A stretch of 50,354 nucleotides of DNA from an uncultured Pelagibacteraceae bacterium. Lineage in GTDB: Bacteria > Pseudomonadota > Alphaproteobacteria > Pelagibacterales > Pelagibacteraceae. Of this stretch, positions 1-9,226 are shown one piece after another (within the stretch, counting starts at the first letter, position 1; every line of letters starts with the position of its first letter). The position numbers and the translations under genes were made by a program. Under the pieces are notes generated by a model. That model was not told the DNA's origin, did not search any database, and saw nothing but the letters and a program-made list of their open reading frames with translations. Location of the stretch: positions 1 to 50,354 of the forward strand of contig CAJQSJ010000008.1 of assembly GCA_905612535.1 (NCBI GenBank). Reading direction: 5' to 3'.

Positions 1-2295
1 TCCATATCCCACAATTTTTGCATTATCCTTTTTCAAATTATTTATGTTTTTTCTTACGTTATCTCTAATAAGATAAACTTTTTTCGCAAAATCTTGATAG
101 GTTTTATATTTCTTAATTCCGTATAAATTTTCTTCTTGTAAGGTTTTTTTAACACTAGTTTCAACCTTAATTTTTTTTCCTTTCTTGATAAAAATTCTTA
201 ATGATCCACCATGTGTATTGATTTTTTCAGCTCTATATATTGAAGCGTCTATTCTGTTAAAAAAGTTTACTAAAGACGTCAAGGACCAATAATTATAATG
301 TTCATGGTATATATTATCAAAAGTTAAATCTTTCAATGTGTTCATTAAATATTGTACTTCGATTATTATAGTGCCATTTTTGCTTATAAGTTTTAACATG
401 CAATCTGCCATTTCTTTTAATTTATCAGCATGTGCAAAAACATTAGATGCTAAAATTATATCAGCATTTTTTTTAATTTTCTTTAAATTCTTTTTTTCAA
501 GAAAACCATTAAATGTTTTAATTTTATTTTTATTTGCTAATTTTGATAAGTTTTTGGCAGGTTCTATTCCTAGAATATTTTTGAAACCTAGATCTTTAAA
601 AGGTTTTAGAGCTACTCCGTCGTTACTACCTATGTCTAAAATGTAAGCTTTTTTTTTATTTAATTTAAAATCTTTTACATATTTGTTCGCTGCATTAACA
701 AAGTGTTCTTTGAAAGATTTAGATGTTGATGAAGTATATAAATAATTAGAAAACATTTTTTTGGGGTCAACCGCAACCGATAGCTGACAGTTACAGCAGT
801 TAGCACAAAAATTTACTTCCAATGGATATAAATCGCACTTTTCATCTTTTTTATTTAATAAGTTATTAGCTAGGGGTTGGTACCCTAATGAAAGAACTCT
901 TTTTAAATTAGTGCTTCCACAAGATCTACAATCAAACTTATAACACCCTAGCAAAAGATCTCTTTCTTTTTCATCTACAAAAACATGTTTAATTGTATGT
1001 GTAACTCCATAATTATCATGCTCCCTTTCCCCTCTAACTAAATTCAAAAAAGTTGTATCTTTAGTAAAAACCATTGTATGCGCAACGTTTGGTTTTATTA
1101 TTGATAATTGGCCTTCGTTAACTACCTGTGTAATTTTCGGAGAATTTGGATTTAATATATCTTGAAAAATTTCAATAATTTGTCCTTTTGTAAATAAACA
1201 TTTTTGCTCTTGCTGTGGATGAAAGTGATTAGCTCTAATTGTTCCTTTCTTAGAATCTATCAATCCAATCATATTTATTGGTTCGGTTAACTCATGATTG
1301 CTAATTTTACCTCTTGAATCAATGAATTCATTCTCTCCATCTCTTACATGTTCCAAGTCTTTAATTAAACTTTGTTTAGACCATTTAAGAATCATTTCTT
1401 TGATACTTTCATCTAATGTATAGAGAAATTTGAAACTAGTATTTAAAATTTTTTCATTGGATAATGAGAACCCCATATTTGGAACCTCATCATTGGTTTC
1501 TTTTAAAGTTATTTTTGGATTGTGTTTTTTGCAAATTTCTGCAACTTCTTTTACAGTTACTGTATCTTTTGTTAAATTAAATATATCAGAAGAAATATCT
1601 TCTCTTTCTTCCATAAACTTAAAGCATCTCGCAACATCAATAAGAGGAGATAAACTTTTAATCTGCCTGCCTCCAGAAAAAAGTTTTAATGTTCCGTTTT
1701 GTGAGGCAATTTTTGAAAAAAGGTTAGGCATTATATCAATACGAGCTGTATCAGTTGAATATCCATAAACAGAACCTAGTCTTAAAATGATATAATTTTT
1801 TCCAGAGTTTTTTAATTGTTTTTCATTAATGGATTTAGAAAGCGCATATGCAAGTTTAGGTTTGGTTTCTTCGTTTTCAAGTATATCGTTCTTAACTTTA
1901 TCAATACCCTCGTAAACTACGTGCGTAGAAGGAAAAATAATTTTGCACTTGTCGCTTATTGCATCAAGAATATTTTGGGTGCCCACCTCTCCAACTAGTT
2001 TAATTTTAGAATCGTTTTCTACATTGCTCTCACTTTTAACTCTAGGGACATCTGTTATTCCAGCGAGGTGATGAACAACATCAGCATCTTTACAATAATT
2101 TTTTATCAATTCTTTATCTAATATATCTCCATGCACAAAATTCATGTTCCAATTTCTTATCTGGTTAACTCTTTCGGAAATAAACCTATTATCGATAACT
2201 GTAATTTGATTATTCCAACTTACACCTGAATAAATCTTGCAAAGCTCAGTACCTATGTAACCGAGTCCACCAGTAATAACTATTTTTTTAGACAT
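1..2295 (-). CDS. Partial (C-terminus lies beyond the window edge) three-domain sugar-nucleotide modifying enzyme: extended-SDR NAD-dependent epimerase/reductase + cupin (CapF/WxcM-like) + Zn-ribbon SAM-dependent sugar C-methyltransferase (TylCIII-like)
   Basis: Absent from the ORF track because it has no stop inside the window. Hand translation of the minus strand from ATG at 2295-2293 gives 765 codons with no stop down to position 1. N-terminus MSKKIVITGGLGYIGTEL (GxxGxxG Rossmann), PSTHVVY and YALSK (SDR Ser/Thr-Tyr-Lys). Middle: IRANHFHPQQEQKCLFTKGQ ... KPNVAHTM (cupin His motifs). Then CRSCGS ... CANCCNCQL (4-Cys Zn ribbon), FSNYLYTSSTS, ILDIGSNDG (SAM motif I) and FDNIYHEHYNYWS (C-methyltransferase C-terminal signature). 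Confidence 0.75.
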   Translation of the reverse strand, partial: MSKKIVITGGLGYIGTELCKIYSGVSWNNQITVIDNRFISERVNQIRNWNMNFVHGDILDKELIKNYCKDADVVHHLAGITDVPRVKSESNVENDSKIKLVGEVGTQNILDAISDKCKIIFPSTHVVYEGIDKVKNDILENEETKPKLAYALSKSINEKQLKNSGKNYIILRLGSVYGYSTDTARIDIMPNLFSKIASQNGTLKLFSGGRQIKSLSPLIDVARCFKFMEEREDISSDIFNLTKDTVTVKEVAEICKKHNPKITLKETNDEVPNMGFSLSNEKILNTSFKFLYTLDESIKEMILKWSKQSLIKDLEHVRDGENEFIDSRGKISNHELTEPINMIGLIDSKKGTIRANHFHPQQEQKCLFTKGQIIEIFQDILNPNSPKITQVVNEGQLSIIKPNVAHTMVFTKDTTFLNLVRGEREHDNYGVTHTIKHVFVDEKERDLLLGCYKFDCRSCGSTNLKRVLSLGYQPLANNLLNKKDEKCDLYPLEVNFCANCCNCQLSVAVDPKKMFSNYLYTSSTSKSFKEHFVNAANKYVKDFKLNKKKAYILDIGSNDGVALKPFKDLGFKNILGIEPAKNLSKLANKNKIKTFNGFLEKKNLKKIKKNADIILASNVFAHADKLKEMADCMLKLISKNGTIIIEVQYLMNTLKDLTFDNIYHEHYNYWSLTSLVNFFNRIDASIYRAEKINTHGGSLRIFIKKGKKIKVETSVKKTLQEENLYGIKKYKTYQDFAKKVYLIRDNVRKNINNLKKDNAKIVGYG

Positions 2296-2364
2296 TGTTG
2301 TTCTTGTGCTTTATTAATTATATAAATTATTATATATACTAATAATTAAATATTCCATTTATAT

Positions 2365-3264
2365 ATGAAAATCTATGATTGTTTTATGTTTTTTGACGAA
2401 GAGATGGTGCTAGATCTTCGTTTAAATATTTTAAATAAATATGTAGATAAATTCGTCATAAATGAAGCAACATATTTGCATAGTGGAAAACCAAAAAAAT
2501 TAATTTTTGATATTAATAAGTATAAAAAATTTAAAGATAAAATCATTTATAATATAATTGATAAGCAGCCACAAGGAATTGAAAAAATTTATGAGACCGA
2601 TAACGATGAAAATGATAAAAAAGGTGAAAAATTAGTCAACAATAGTAGCAAGAGAGAACATTATCAAAGAGAGTGCCTTGGTAATTCACTCGATGAAGCG
2701 GATCCAAATGATATTATATTATGTAGTGATCTTGATGAAATTCCTAATTTAGAAAAAGTTAACTTTAAAAAAATAAAAAAAAAAATAGTTATTTTTAAAC
2801 AAAAATTCTTTTTCTATAAGTTTAATTTACTTTACGATGAAATATCATGGTATGGAACTAGAGCATGTAAAAAAAAGCATTTAATTAATCCTCAGTGGTT
2901 AAGAGATATAAAAGTTAAATACTACCCTTTATGGAGATTAGATACGGTTTTTTCTAAAATGAAATATTCAAGTATTCACCGTGTGGAGAATGGTGGGTGG
3001 CATTTTACAAATATTAAAACACCTGAAGATATCGAAAAAAAGTATTTAAATTTTCTTCATCATCAGGAATATGAATATAGTGGTTTAAAATTAGAAGATA
3101 TAAAAAATATGGTTGAAAATAATAAAGTTATATATGACCACAAAGCTGATCAAAAAGCTTATAAATGGAAAGGTAATAAATCTCTAAAAAAAATATCATT
3201 AAATGAGATGCCTAATTATATAAAAGAAAATACTAAAAAATATATAGAATGGTTAGAAATTTAA
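2365..3264 (+). CDS. Glycosyltransferase family 17-like (beta-1,4-mannosyl-glycoprotein N-acetylglucosaminyltransferase / GnT-III family homologue)
   Basis: 299 aa ORF. The N-terminus [35 protein letters not shown] is the characteristic GT17 start. Acidic DxD-like SDLDEIP and later GGWHFT block. Divergent from the sugar-modifying fusion gene. Confidence 0.7.
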   Translation: MKIYDCFMFFDEEMVLDLRLNILNKYVDKFVINEATYLHSGKPKKLIFDINKYKKFKDKIIYNIIDKQPQGIEKIYETDNDENDKKGEKLVNNSSKREHYQRECLGNSLDEADPNDIILCSDLDEIPNLEKVNFKKIKKKIVIFKQKFFFYKFNLLYDEISWYGTRACKKKHLINPQWLRDIKVKYYPLWRLDTVFSKMKYSSIHRVENGGWHFTNIKTPEDIEKKYLNFLHHQEYEYSGLKLEDIKNMVENNKVIYDHKADQKAYKWKGNKSLKKISLNEMPNYIKENTKKYIEWLEI

Positions 3265-5642
3265 TGTGTGCTTTTTGTTGTAGGATTCTGATCGCTTTTA
3301 GGGTTGGGAAACCATTTTACAGGTTTAAGTTCAGCAGTAAGTGCTATTTTTAATACTTCATCAACATTTTTTACAGTAACTATTTCTATTTTATCTAAAA
3401 TTTTTTTCGGAATTTCAACTAAATCTTTTTTGTTATCATCCGGTATTAAAACTTTTTTTATTCCTGCTCTGTGGGCCGCTAAAAGCTTTTCTTTAAGTCC
3501 ACCTATGGGAAGAACATGCCCTCTTAGAGTAACCTCTCCCGTCATAGCAATATTTTTATTTACTGGTATACCAGTTATAGATGAAACTATTGATGTCACC
3601 ATTGCTATACCTGCTGATGGTCCATCTTTTGGAGTTGCACCTTCTGGTACGTGAACGTGAAAATCTTTAGTTTCAAATATTGGCGGTATAATTCCAAATT
3701 CTAATGATTTAGATCTTATATAAGATTTGGCTGCTTTTACTGACTCTTGCATGACCTCACCTAACTTTCCGGTGATTTGCATTTTTCCTTTTCCGGGCAT
3801 TGTCGCTGATTCAATTTTTAAAATTTCACCACCATATTCTGTCCAAGCTAATCCTGTAACAACACCAACTTTATCATCAGTTTCTATTTCGCCATAATTA
3901 AATTTTTGAACACCTAAAAAATCTGATATATTTTTTGAATTTATTTTAGTGTCGACATTAGCGTCTATCATGATATTTTTTACAGTTTTTCTAGCTAGTT
4001 TAGATATTTCCCGTTCTAAATTTCTAACTCCAGATTCTTTAGTATAATCTTGAATTATATTTTTTAATGCCGGCTGATCTAAGTTCCATTCTTTTTTATC
4101 GAGACCATTCTCTTTTATTTGTTTAGGAATTAAATAATTATTAGCAATATTAATTTTTTCCTCTTCTGTATACCCTGGAATTCTTATAACTTCCAATCTA
4201 TCAAGTAATGGGGGTAATATATTTAACGTGTTGGCGGTAGTTACAAACATTACATCTGAAAGATCATAGTCAACTTCTAAATAATGATCGTTAAATGCTT
4301 TGTTTTGCTCGGGATCTAAAGCCTCTAACAATGCTGAAGAAGGGTCCCCTCTGTAATCATTTCCAACTTTATCAATTTCATCTAACAAAAAAAGTGGATT
4401 TTTTGTTCCGGCTTTTTTCATTAACTGAATAATCTTTCCTGGAAGTGATCCAATATATGTTCTTCTATGACCTCTAATTTCCGCTTCATCTCTAACGCCA
4501 CCTAATGACATGCGCACAAACTTCCTGCCTGTAGATTTAGCAATAGATTTACCCAAAGATGTTTTTCCAACCCCTGGAGGTCCTACAAGACATAAAATTG
4601 CCCCCTTAACCTTGCCTACTCTTTTTTGAACGGCAAGGTATTCTAAAATTCTTTCTTTTATTTTTTCTAAACCATAATGGTCTTCATCTAGTATTTTTTG
4701 TGATTCCTTAAGATTTATAGAGTCTTGAGATTTATCTTTAATAAACCACGGAAGTTCTGTCATCCAATCAAGGTAATTTCTGATTACTGAAGCCTCAGCT
4801 GACATAGAGCTCATTGATCTTAATTTTTTTAGTTCAGCAAAACATTTTTTAGTTACTTCTTTGGGCATTTTTGCTTTTGTAATATTTTTTTGTAACTGGG
4901 CAGTTTCGTCTTTGCCATCTTCAATGTCACCCAGCTCCTTTTGGATGGCTTTCATTTGCTCGTTTAAATAATATTCTCTTTGAGTTTTTTCCATTTGATT
5001 TTTTACTCTTCCTCTTATTTTTTTCTCAAAGCTAGTAACATTTATTTCTTTGTCGATATGTTCTAACAACTTATCTAATCTTGTTTTTAAATTAAGAGTT
5101 TCCAATAACTTTTGTTTTTCTGAAATCGATATATTTAACTGTCCGGCTATGTGATCAGCTATTTTTGATGGTTCCTTTTGATCTTTTAAGTTTGATGAAA
5201 GTTCAAAAGAAAATTTTTTATTTAATGATGATAATTTTTCTAACTTTCTTACCAAGGCAATTGAAAAAGCTAATAAGCTCGCTTTATCTTCGACCAAATC
5301 TGTCACTGGTTCAAATGTGCTTTTTAGAAAATCTTCATCATGTTTAAATTGTGATATTTTAACTTTGTTAGTGCCTTCAACTAAAACTTTAACTGTTCCA
5401 TCAGGTAATTTTAATAATTGCAATATTTTTCCCTCACATCCAAAGGAGTAAAGATCCTTTGAATCTGGGTCGTCTATTTCAGCGTTCTTTTGTGTAATTA
5501 AAACAATTTTCTTATTAGTTTTCATCACTTCATCTAATGCTTTAATTGATTTATCTCTCCCAACAAATAAAGGAACTATCATGTTGGGGAAAACAACTAT
5601 ATCTCTAAGTGGTAGAGTTGGAAAATACTGTGTTATACTCAT
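3261..5642 (-). CDS. lon: ATP-dependent Lon protease
   Basis: 793 aa. LON N-domain start [20 protein letters not shown], Walker [10 protein letters not shown], catalytic-Ser motif [11 protein letters not shown]. Sits in the conserved tig-clpP-clpX-lon order. Confidence 0.97.
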   Translation of the reverse strand: MSITQYFPTLPLRDIVVFPNMIVPLFVGRDKSIKALDEVMKTNKKIVLITQKNAEIDDPDSKDLYSFGCEGKILQLLKLPDGTVKVLVEGTNKVKISQFKHDEDFLKSTFEPVTDLVEDKASLLAFSIALVRKLEKLSSLNKKFSFELSSNLKDQKEPSKIADHIAGQLNISISEKQKLLETLNLKTRLDKLLEHIDKEINVTSFEKKIRGRVKNQMEKTQREYYLNEQMKAIQKELGDIEDGKDETAQLQKNITKAKMPKEVTKKCFAELKKLRSMSSMSAEASVIRNYLDWMTELPWFIKDKSQDSINLKESQKILDEDHYGLEKIKERILEYLAVQKRVGKVKGAILCLVGPPGVGKTSLGKSIAKSTGRKFVRMSLGGVRDEAEIRGHRRTYIGSLPGKIIQLMKKAGTKNPLFLLDEIDKVGNDYRGDPSSALLEALDPEQNKAFNDHYLEVDYDLSDVMFVTTANTLNILPPLLDRLEVIRIPGYTEEEKINIANNYLIPKQIKENGLDKKEWNLDQPALKNIIQDYTKESGVRNLEREISKLARKTVKNIMIDANVDTKINSKNISDFLGVQKFNYGEIETDDKVGVVTGLAWTEYGGEILKIESATMPGKGKMQITGKLGEVMQESVKAAKSYIRSKSLEFGIIPPIFETKDFHVHVPEGATPKDGPSAGIAMVTSIVSSITGIPVNKNIAMTGEVTLRGHVLPIGGLKEKLLAAHRAGIKKVLIPDDNKKDLVEIPKKILDKIEIVTVKNVDEVLKIALTAELKPVKWFPNPKSDQNPTTKSTH

Positions 5643-5686
5643 ATTGCTAGTATATGGGTATTAACTATACAATTTCAACTTATTTA

Positions 5687-6940
5687 TTATGCTGCGGTGG
5701 TTTTTTTATTTTTTGAGTAGACAGCTTTTGGTTCAGTATTGTTTTTTACAACACCTAAATCAATAATTATTTCACTAACGCTTTCCATCGAAGGGAGTTT
5801 GAACATTGTCTTTAATAATAGTGTTTCAATGATAGACCTCAAACCCCTGGCGCCGGTCTTTTTCTTAACGGCTTTTTTTGCAATTTCTAAAATAGCATCT
5901 TCATTAAAAGTTAAAAGAACGTTCTCAAATTCAAAGAGTCTTTTATACTGTTTGATTAAGCAATTTTTTGGTTCTTTTAAAATTTTTACTAAAGACTTCT
6001 CGTTTAATTCTTCTAAATTTGCTAATATTGGCATTCTACCTATAAACTCTGGAATCAAGCCATATTTAATTAAATCTTCAGGTTCTAAGTTTTTCATTAG
6101 ATCACTTGTGGGTTGGTCTTGAAAATGTTTTACCTTTGCTCCAAAACCAATGGATGTTTCTGAGCCTCTTTTTGCTATAAGTTTGTCTAAACCTGCAAAC
6201 GCACCTCCACAAATGAACAATATATTTGTGGTATCTACTTGTAAAAATTCTTGCTGGGGATGTTTTCTTCCTCCTTGAGGCGGGACACTTGCGATGGTGC
6301 CTTCCATTATTTTTAATAGTGCTTGCTGCACACCTTCGCCAGATACATCTCTGGTAATTGACGGGTTTTCTGATTTTCTACTTATCTTATCAACTTCATC
6401 TATATAAACTATTCCACGTTGAGCTTTTTCAACATTGTAATCTGCGGCTTGCAAAAGTTTAAGAATTATATTTTCAACGTCTTCACCAACATAACCTGCT
6501 TCTGTTAAAGTGGTAGCGTCAGCCATTGTAAATGGAACGTCCAAAATTCTTGCTAAAGTTTGTGCCAATAAAGTTTTTCCACATCCTGTAGGGCCGACTA
6601 ACAAAATATTAGATTTAGATAGCTCTACATCGTTAGAATCTTTTGAAACGTAATTTAAACGCTTATAGTGATTATGAACCGCGACTGACAAAACTTCTTT
6701 AGCATGAGGTTGGCCTATAACGTAATCATCTAATACTTTACATATTTTTTGGGGAGGAGGGACACCTTCTTGTGTATTAACAAAAGAGTCTTTGTTTTCT
6801 TCTTTGATGATATCCATGCATAATTCAACACACTCATCACAAATAAAAACTGTTGGTCCTGCTATTAATTTTCTAACTTCGTGTTGACTTTTTCCACAAA
6901 AAGAACAGTAAAGAATATTTTTATTATTATTGTCAGCCAT
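5687..6940 (-). CDS. clpX: ATP-dependent Clp protease ATP-binding subunit ClpX
   Basis: 417 aa. N-terminal zinc finger CSFCGK...CDEC, Walker [17 protein letters not shown] Walker B, GARGLRS sensor motif. Confidence 0.97.
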   Translation of the reverse strand: MADNNNKNILYCSFCGKSQHEVRKLIAGPTVFICDECVELCMDIIKEENKDSFVNTQEGVPPPQKICKVLDDYVIGQPHAKEVLSVAVHNHYKRLNYVSKDSNDVELSKSNILLVGPTGCGKTLLAQTLARILDVPFTMADATTLTEAGYVGEDVENIILKLLQAADYNVEKAQRGIVYIDEVDKISRKSENPSITRDVSGEGVQQALLKIMEGTIASVPPQGGRKHPQQEFLQVDTTNILFICGGAFAGLDKLIAKRGSETSIGFGAKVKHFQDQPTSDLMKNLEPEDLIKYGLIPEFIGRMPILANLEELNEKSLVKILKEPKNCLIKQYKRLFEFENVLLTFNEDAILEIAKKAVKKKTGARGLRSIIETLLLKTMFKLPSMESVSEIIIDLGVVKNNTEPKAVYSKNKKTTAA

Positions 6941-7032
6941 ATAAATATTTTTAACGAATCAGATATTTATAAACTAAACTAAAGTTGGGATTTATCAAGC
7001 TCAAGTTGTGTACAACAACAAAATGTAGTGGT

Positions 7033-7644
7033 CTAAATTCTTTTCTCCACTACTTCATCAATTAAACCGAATTCTTTAGCCTCAGTTGCTGTCATAAAAT
7101 TATCTCTTTCAAGAGCTTTTTGAATTTGTTCTTCGCTTTTTTTTGTATGTTTAGAATAGATTTTATTCAATCTTCCTTTAAGCGCTATAATTTCTTTAGC
7201 ATGAATTTCAATATCAGTTGCTTGGCCTTGATACCCTGCCGATGGTTGGTGCACCATTATTCTTGAATTTGGCAATGAAAATCTTTTTCCTTTTTCTCCG
7301 GCAGCTAACAAAAAAGATCCCATTGAGCTAGCTTGACCAATACATAAAGTCGATACAGCAGGTTTTATATATTGTATGGTATCATAAATTCCTAGGCCTG
7401 ATGTAACAATACCTCCAGGGCTATTAATATAAAAAGATATTTCCTTCTTCGGGTTTTCAGATTCTAAAAAAAGAAGTTGTGCTGTAATTAAAGTTGAAAC
7501 ACTATCGTTTACTGGACCGACTAAGAAAATGATACGCTCTTTTAAAAGTCTAGAGTAAATATCGTATGCTCTTTCTCCTCTATTTGATTGCTCAACAACC
7601 ATAGGTATTAGAGTATTCATTTGTTCATCAATATTTTTATTCAT
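7033..7644 (-). CDS. clpP: ATP-dependent Clp protease proteolytic subunit ClpP
   Basis: 203 aa. [18 protein letters not shown], catalytic Ser in GQASSMGS, His in MVHQP. Confidence 0.97.
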   Translation of the reverse strand: MNKNIDEQMNTLIPMVVEQSNRGERAYDIYSRLLKERIIFLVGPVNDSVSTLITAQLLFLESENPKKEISFYINSPGGIVTSGLGIYDTIQYIKPAVSTLCIGQASSMGSFLLAAGEKGKRFSLPNSRIMVHQPSAGYQGQATDIEIHAKEIIALKGRLNKIYSKHTKKSEEQIQKALERDNFMTATEAKEFGLIDEVVEKRI

Positions 7645-7678
7645 AACGAATCAGTAAATTGATTTATACAACTAATGG

Positions 7679-9094
7679 TTACTTTTTTCTAATTTTTTTA
7701 TTGTTTGCCTTGGTTTTGGTGGGCTTTTTTGATTTTTTAGTCTTTATTTTGTTAGCTGAGATAGTTTTTTTTTTTTTAGAATGATCATGATCTTTATGTT
7801 TTTTTTCATGCTCCAATTTTAAAATATTTTCAGCTTCATCAACGGAAATGCTATTAGTTATTTTTTTTGCTTTTTGCTTAATAAAATTGATAATTTTATC
7901 TTCATATATAGAGCCTCTTAAGCTGGATTCTGCAGATGGGTTTTTTTGATAATATTCTAAAACTTGTTTTTGCTGACCCGGCATTGATTGAACTTGTTTT
8001 TGAATTCCTGCTCTTAATTCTTCTTCATTAACTTTTAAATTATTTATATCTCCAAATTCATTTAATACTAAACCTAACTTTATTCTCTTTTTAGCAATGC
8101 TTTCTGCGTTTTTCTTATTTTTTTCTATTTCTTGACTTTTTAGGTCCTGAGTCATTAATGACAATTCCTGTTCAATTAAATTTTTAGGTAAATCAAAATT
8201 ATGCAATTTTTCAATTTGTTCTAATATATTTTCTTTTGCAATAGTTTCTAAGCGCGATTTATATTGATCTTGTATTTGCTTTGTGACCAGTTGCCTTAAA
8301 TCGTTTAGATCTTTGGCTCCAAGATTTTTGGCAAATTGATCATCAATTTTTATTGTTTCAGCTTTTTTAATATTTAAAATTTTGCATTTAAAAATTGCTT
8401 TTTTCATTGCATATTCCTTTTTGGGATAATTTTCAGGTAATATTGCAACAACTTCCTTTTCTTGGTTTTTTTTAATCCCTTTAAGTTGAGAATCGAATCC
8501 TTTTATAAATAAATCTTTTCCTAAAACTATCTGTGTATTTTTGCCTTCTCCGCCTTCAAAATTTTTTTCATCTATAGTTGCTTGATAATCAAAAACAACC
8601 ATGTCTCCATTTTCTGCTCTTTCATTTTCATTCTTGTCTTTAAAATTGTCTTGATTTTTTGCTATATCCTCTATTCTTTTGTTTACGTTTGAATCTGTGA
8701 TTTTAATTTCGTAATCATTAAATTTAATATTTTCAATTGGTTGGAGTTTAATAGTAGGAAGTTCATCAATTTCTAAAGTATATTGTAGATCTTTGCCCTC
8801 ACCGTGAGATGTAAGATCAAGTTTTGGTTGTCCTGCCACTTTAATTTTTTTGTCTTCAATGACTTTTTTTGAGCTTTCTTTTAAAATATTTTCTAACACT
8901 TCTCCATATATCGCTTTACCAAATTGCATCTTCAGGACATCAACTGGTACTTTACCAGGTCTGAACCCCTTCATGTTAACTGTTTTGCTTAGTTCAACTA
9001 ACCTACTCGCAATTTTTTCTTCAATAGTTTTTTTTTCGATAAAAACTTTAAGATTTGTTTTTAGTCCTTTTTTGGAATCAACAGTTACTTTCAT
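7679..9094 (-). CDS. tig: Trigger factor (ribosome-associated chaperone / PPIase) with an unusual Lys-rich C-terminal tail
   Basis: 471 aa. N-terminal ribosome-binding signature GFRPGKVP, central FKBP-like domain, position upstream of clpP-clpX-lon. The last ~50 residues are HKDHDHSKKKK...KKIRKK. Confidence 0.93.
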   Translation of the reverse strand: MKVTVDSKKGLKTNLKVFIEKKTIEEKIASRLVELSKTVNMKGFRPGKVPVDVLKMQFGKAIYGEVLENILKESSKKVIEDKKIKVAGQPKLDLTSHGEGKDLQYTLEIDELPTIKLQPIENIKFNDYEIKITDSNVNKRIEDIAKNQDNFKDKNENERAENGDMVVFDYQATIDEKNFEGGEGKNTQIVLGKDLFIKGFDSQLKGIKKNQEKEVVAILPENYPKKEYAMKKAIFKCKILNIKKAETIKIDDQFAKNLGAKDLNDLRQLVTKQIQDQYKSRLETIAKENILEQIEKLHNFDLPKNLIEQELSLMTQDLKSQEIEKNKKNAESIAKKRIKLGLVLNEFGDINNLKVNEEELRAGIQKQVQSMPGQQKQVLEYYQKNPSAESSLRGSIYEDKIINFIKQKAKKITNSISVDEAENILKLEHEKKHKDHDHSKKKKTISANKIKTKKSKKPTKTKANNKKIRKK

Positions 9095-9101
9095 AATTTC
9101 T

Positions 9102-9186
9102 TGGTGGGCAAGAAGAGACTCGAACTCTTAAACCTTACGGTACTAGTTCCTAAGACTAGCGCGTATACCAATTCCGCCACTTGCCC
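9102..9186 (-). tRNA. tRNA-Leu (anticodon UAG), class II tRNA with long variable arm, CCA encoded
   Basis: Minus-strand sequence GGGCAAGTGGCGGAATTGGTATACGCGCTAGTCTTAGGAACTAGTACCGTAAGGTTTAAGAGTTCGAGTCTCTTCTTGCCCACCA. The 7-bp acceptor stem GGGCAAG/CTTGCCC pairs. The D-arm matches the canonical Leu GUGGCGGAAUUGGUA. Anticodon stem CTAGT/ACTAG flanks the loop CTTAGGA. T-loop TTCGAGT. This is the only GC-rich island in this stretch. Confidence 0.9.
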
Positions 9187-9226
9187 CGCTGGTGTAATAT
9201 CAAATTAAAAGATAATCTCAAAGCAA

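Noticed and set aside
338-1998. Plus-strand track ORFs 338..646, 1430..1768 and 1816..1998.
   Set aside because: They lie antisense to the continuous 765-codon minus-strand ORF, which has clear SDR, cupin and methyltransferase motifs. Their translations are low-complexity Phe/Ile/Leu/Ser strings typical of the reverse complement of Lys/Asn/Glu-rich AT-rich genes.
2775-2785. An 11-nt poly-A tract inside the GT17 glycosyltransferase, as a slipped-strand phase-variation switch.
   Set aside because: Equally long or longer A/T homopolymers occur in essential housekeeping genes in this window: tig 7765-7777, mrcA 29728-29740, prfB 27553-27562, sufS 16810-16819, anmK 22972-22981, purM 41543-41552 and the DUF2155 gene 36085-36095. 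They encode Lys/Phe runs. The tract therefore looks like a compositional by-product rather than a dedicated contingency locus. Read-level length polymorphism could still be checked.
7005-7028. Recurring TTGT-N2-ACAA inverted repeat followed by AATGTAG, downstream of clpP (7005-7016 and 7022-7028) and of sufA (15184-15195 and 15193-15199). AATGTAGATT also occurs before tldD (about 12209-12219).
   Set aside because: The arms are only 4-5 bp with a 2-nt centre, so there is no stable hairpin. My rough estimate of the chance frequency of AATGTAG at this base composition is around ten copies per 50 kb on both strands. No consistent spacing relative to genes.
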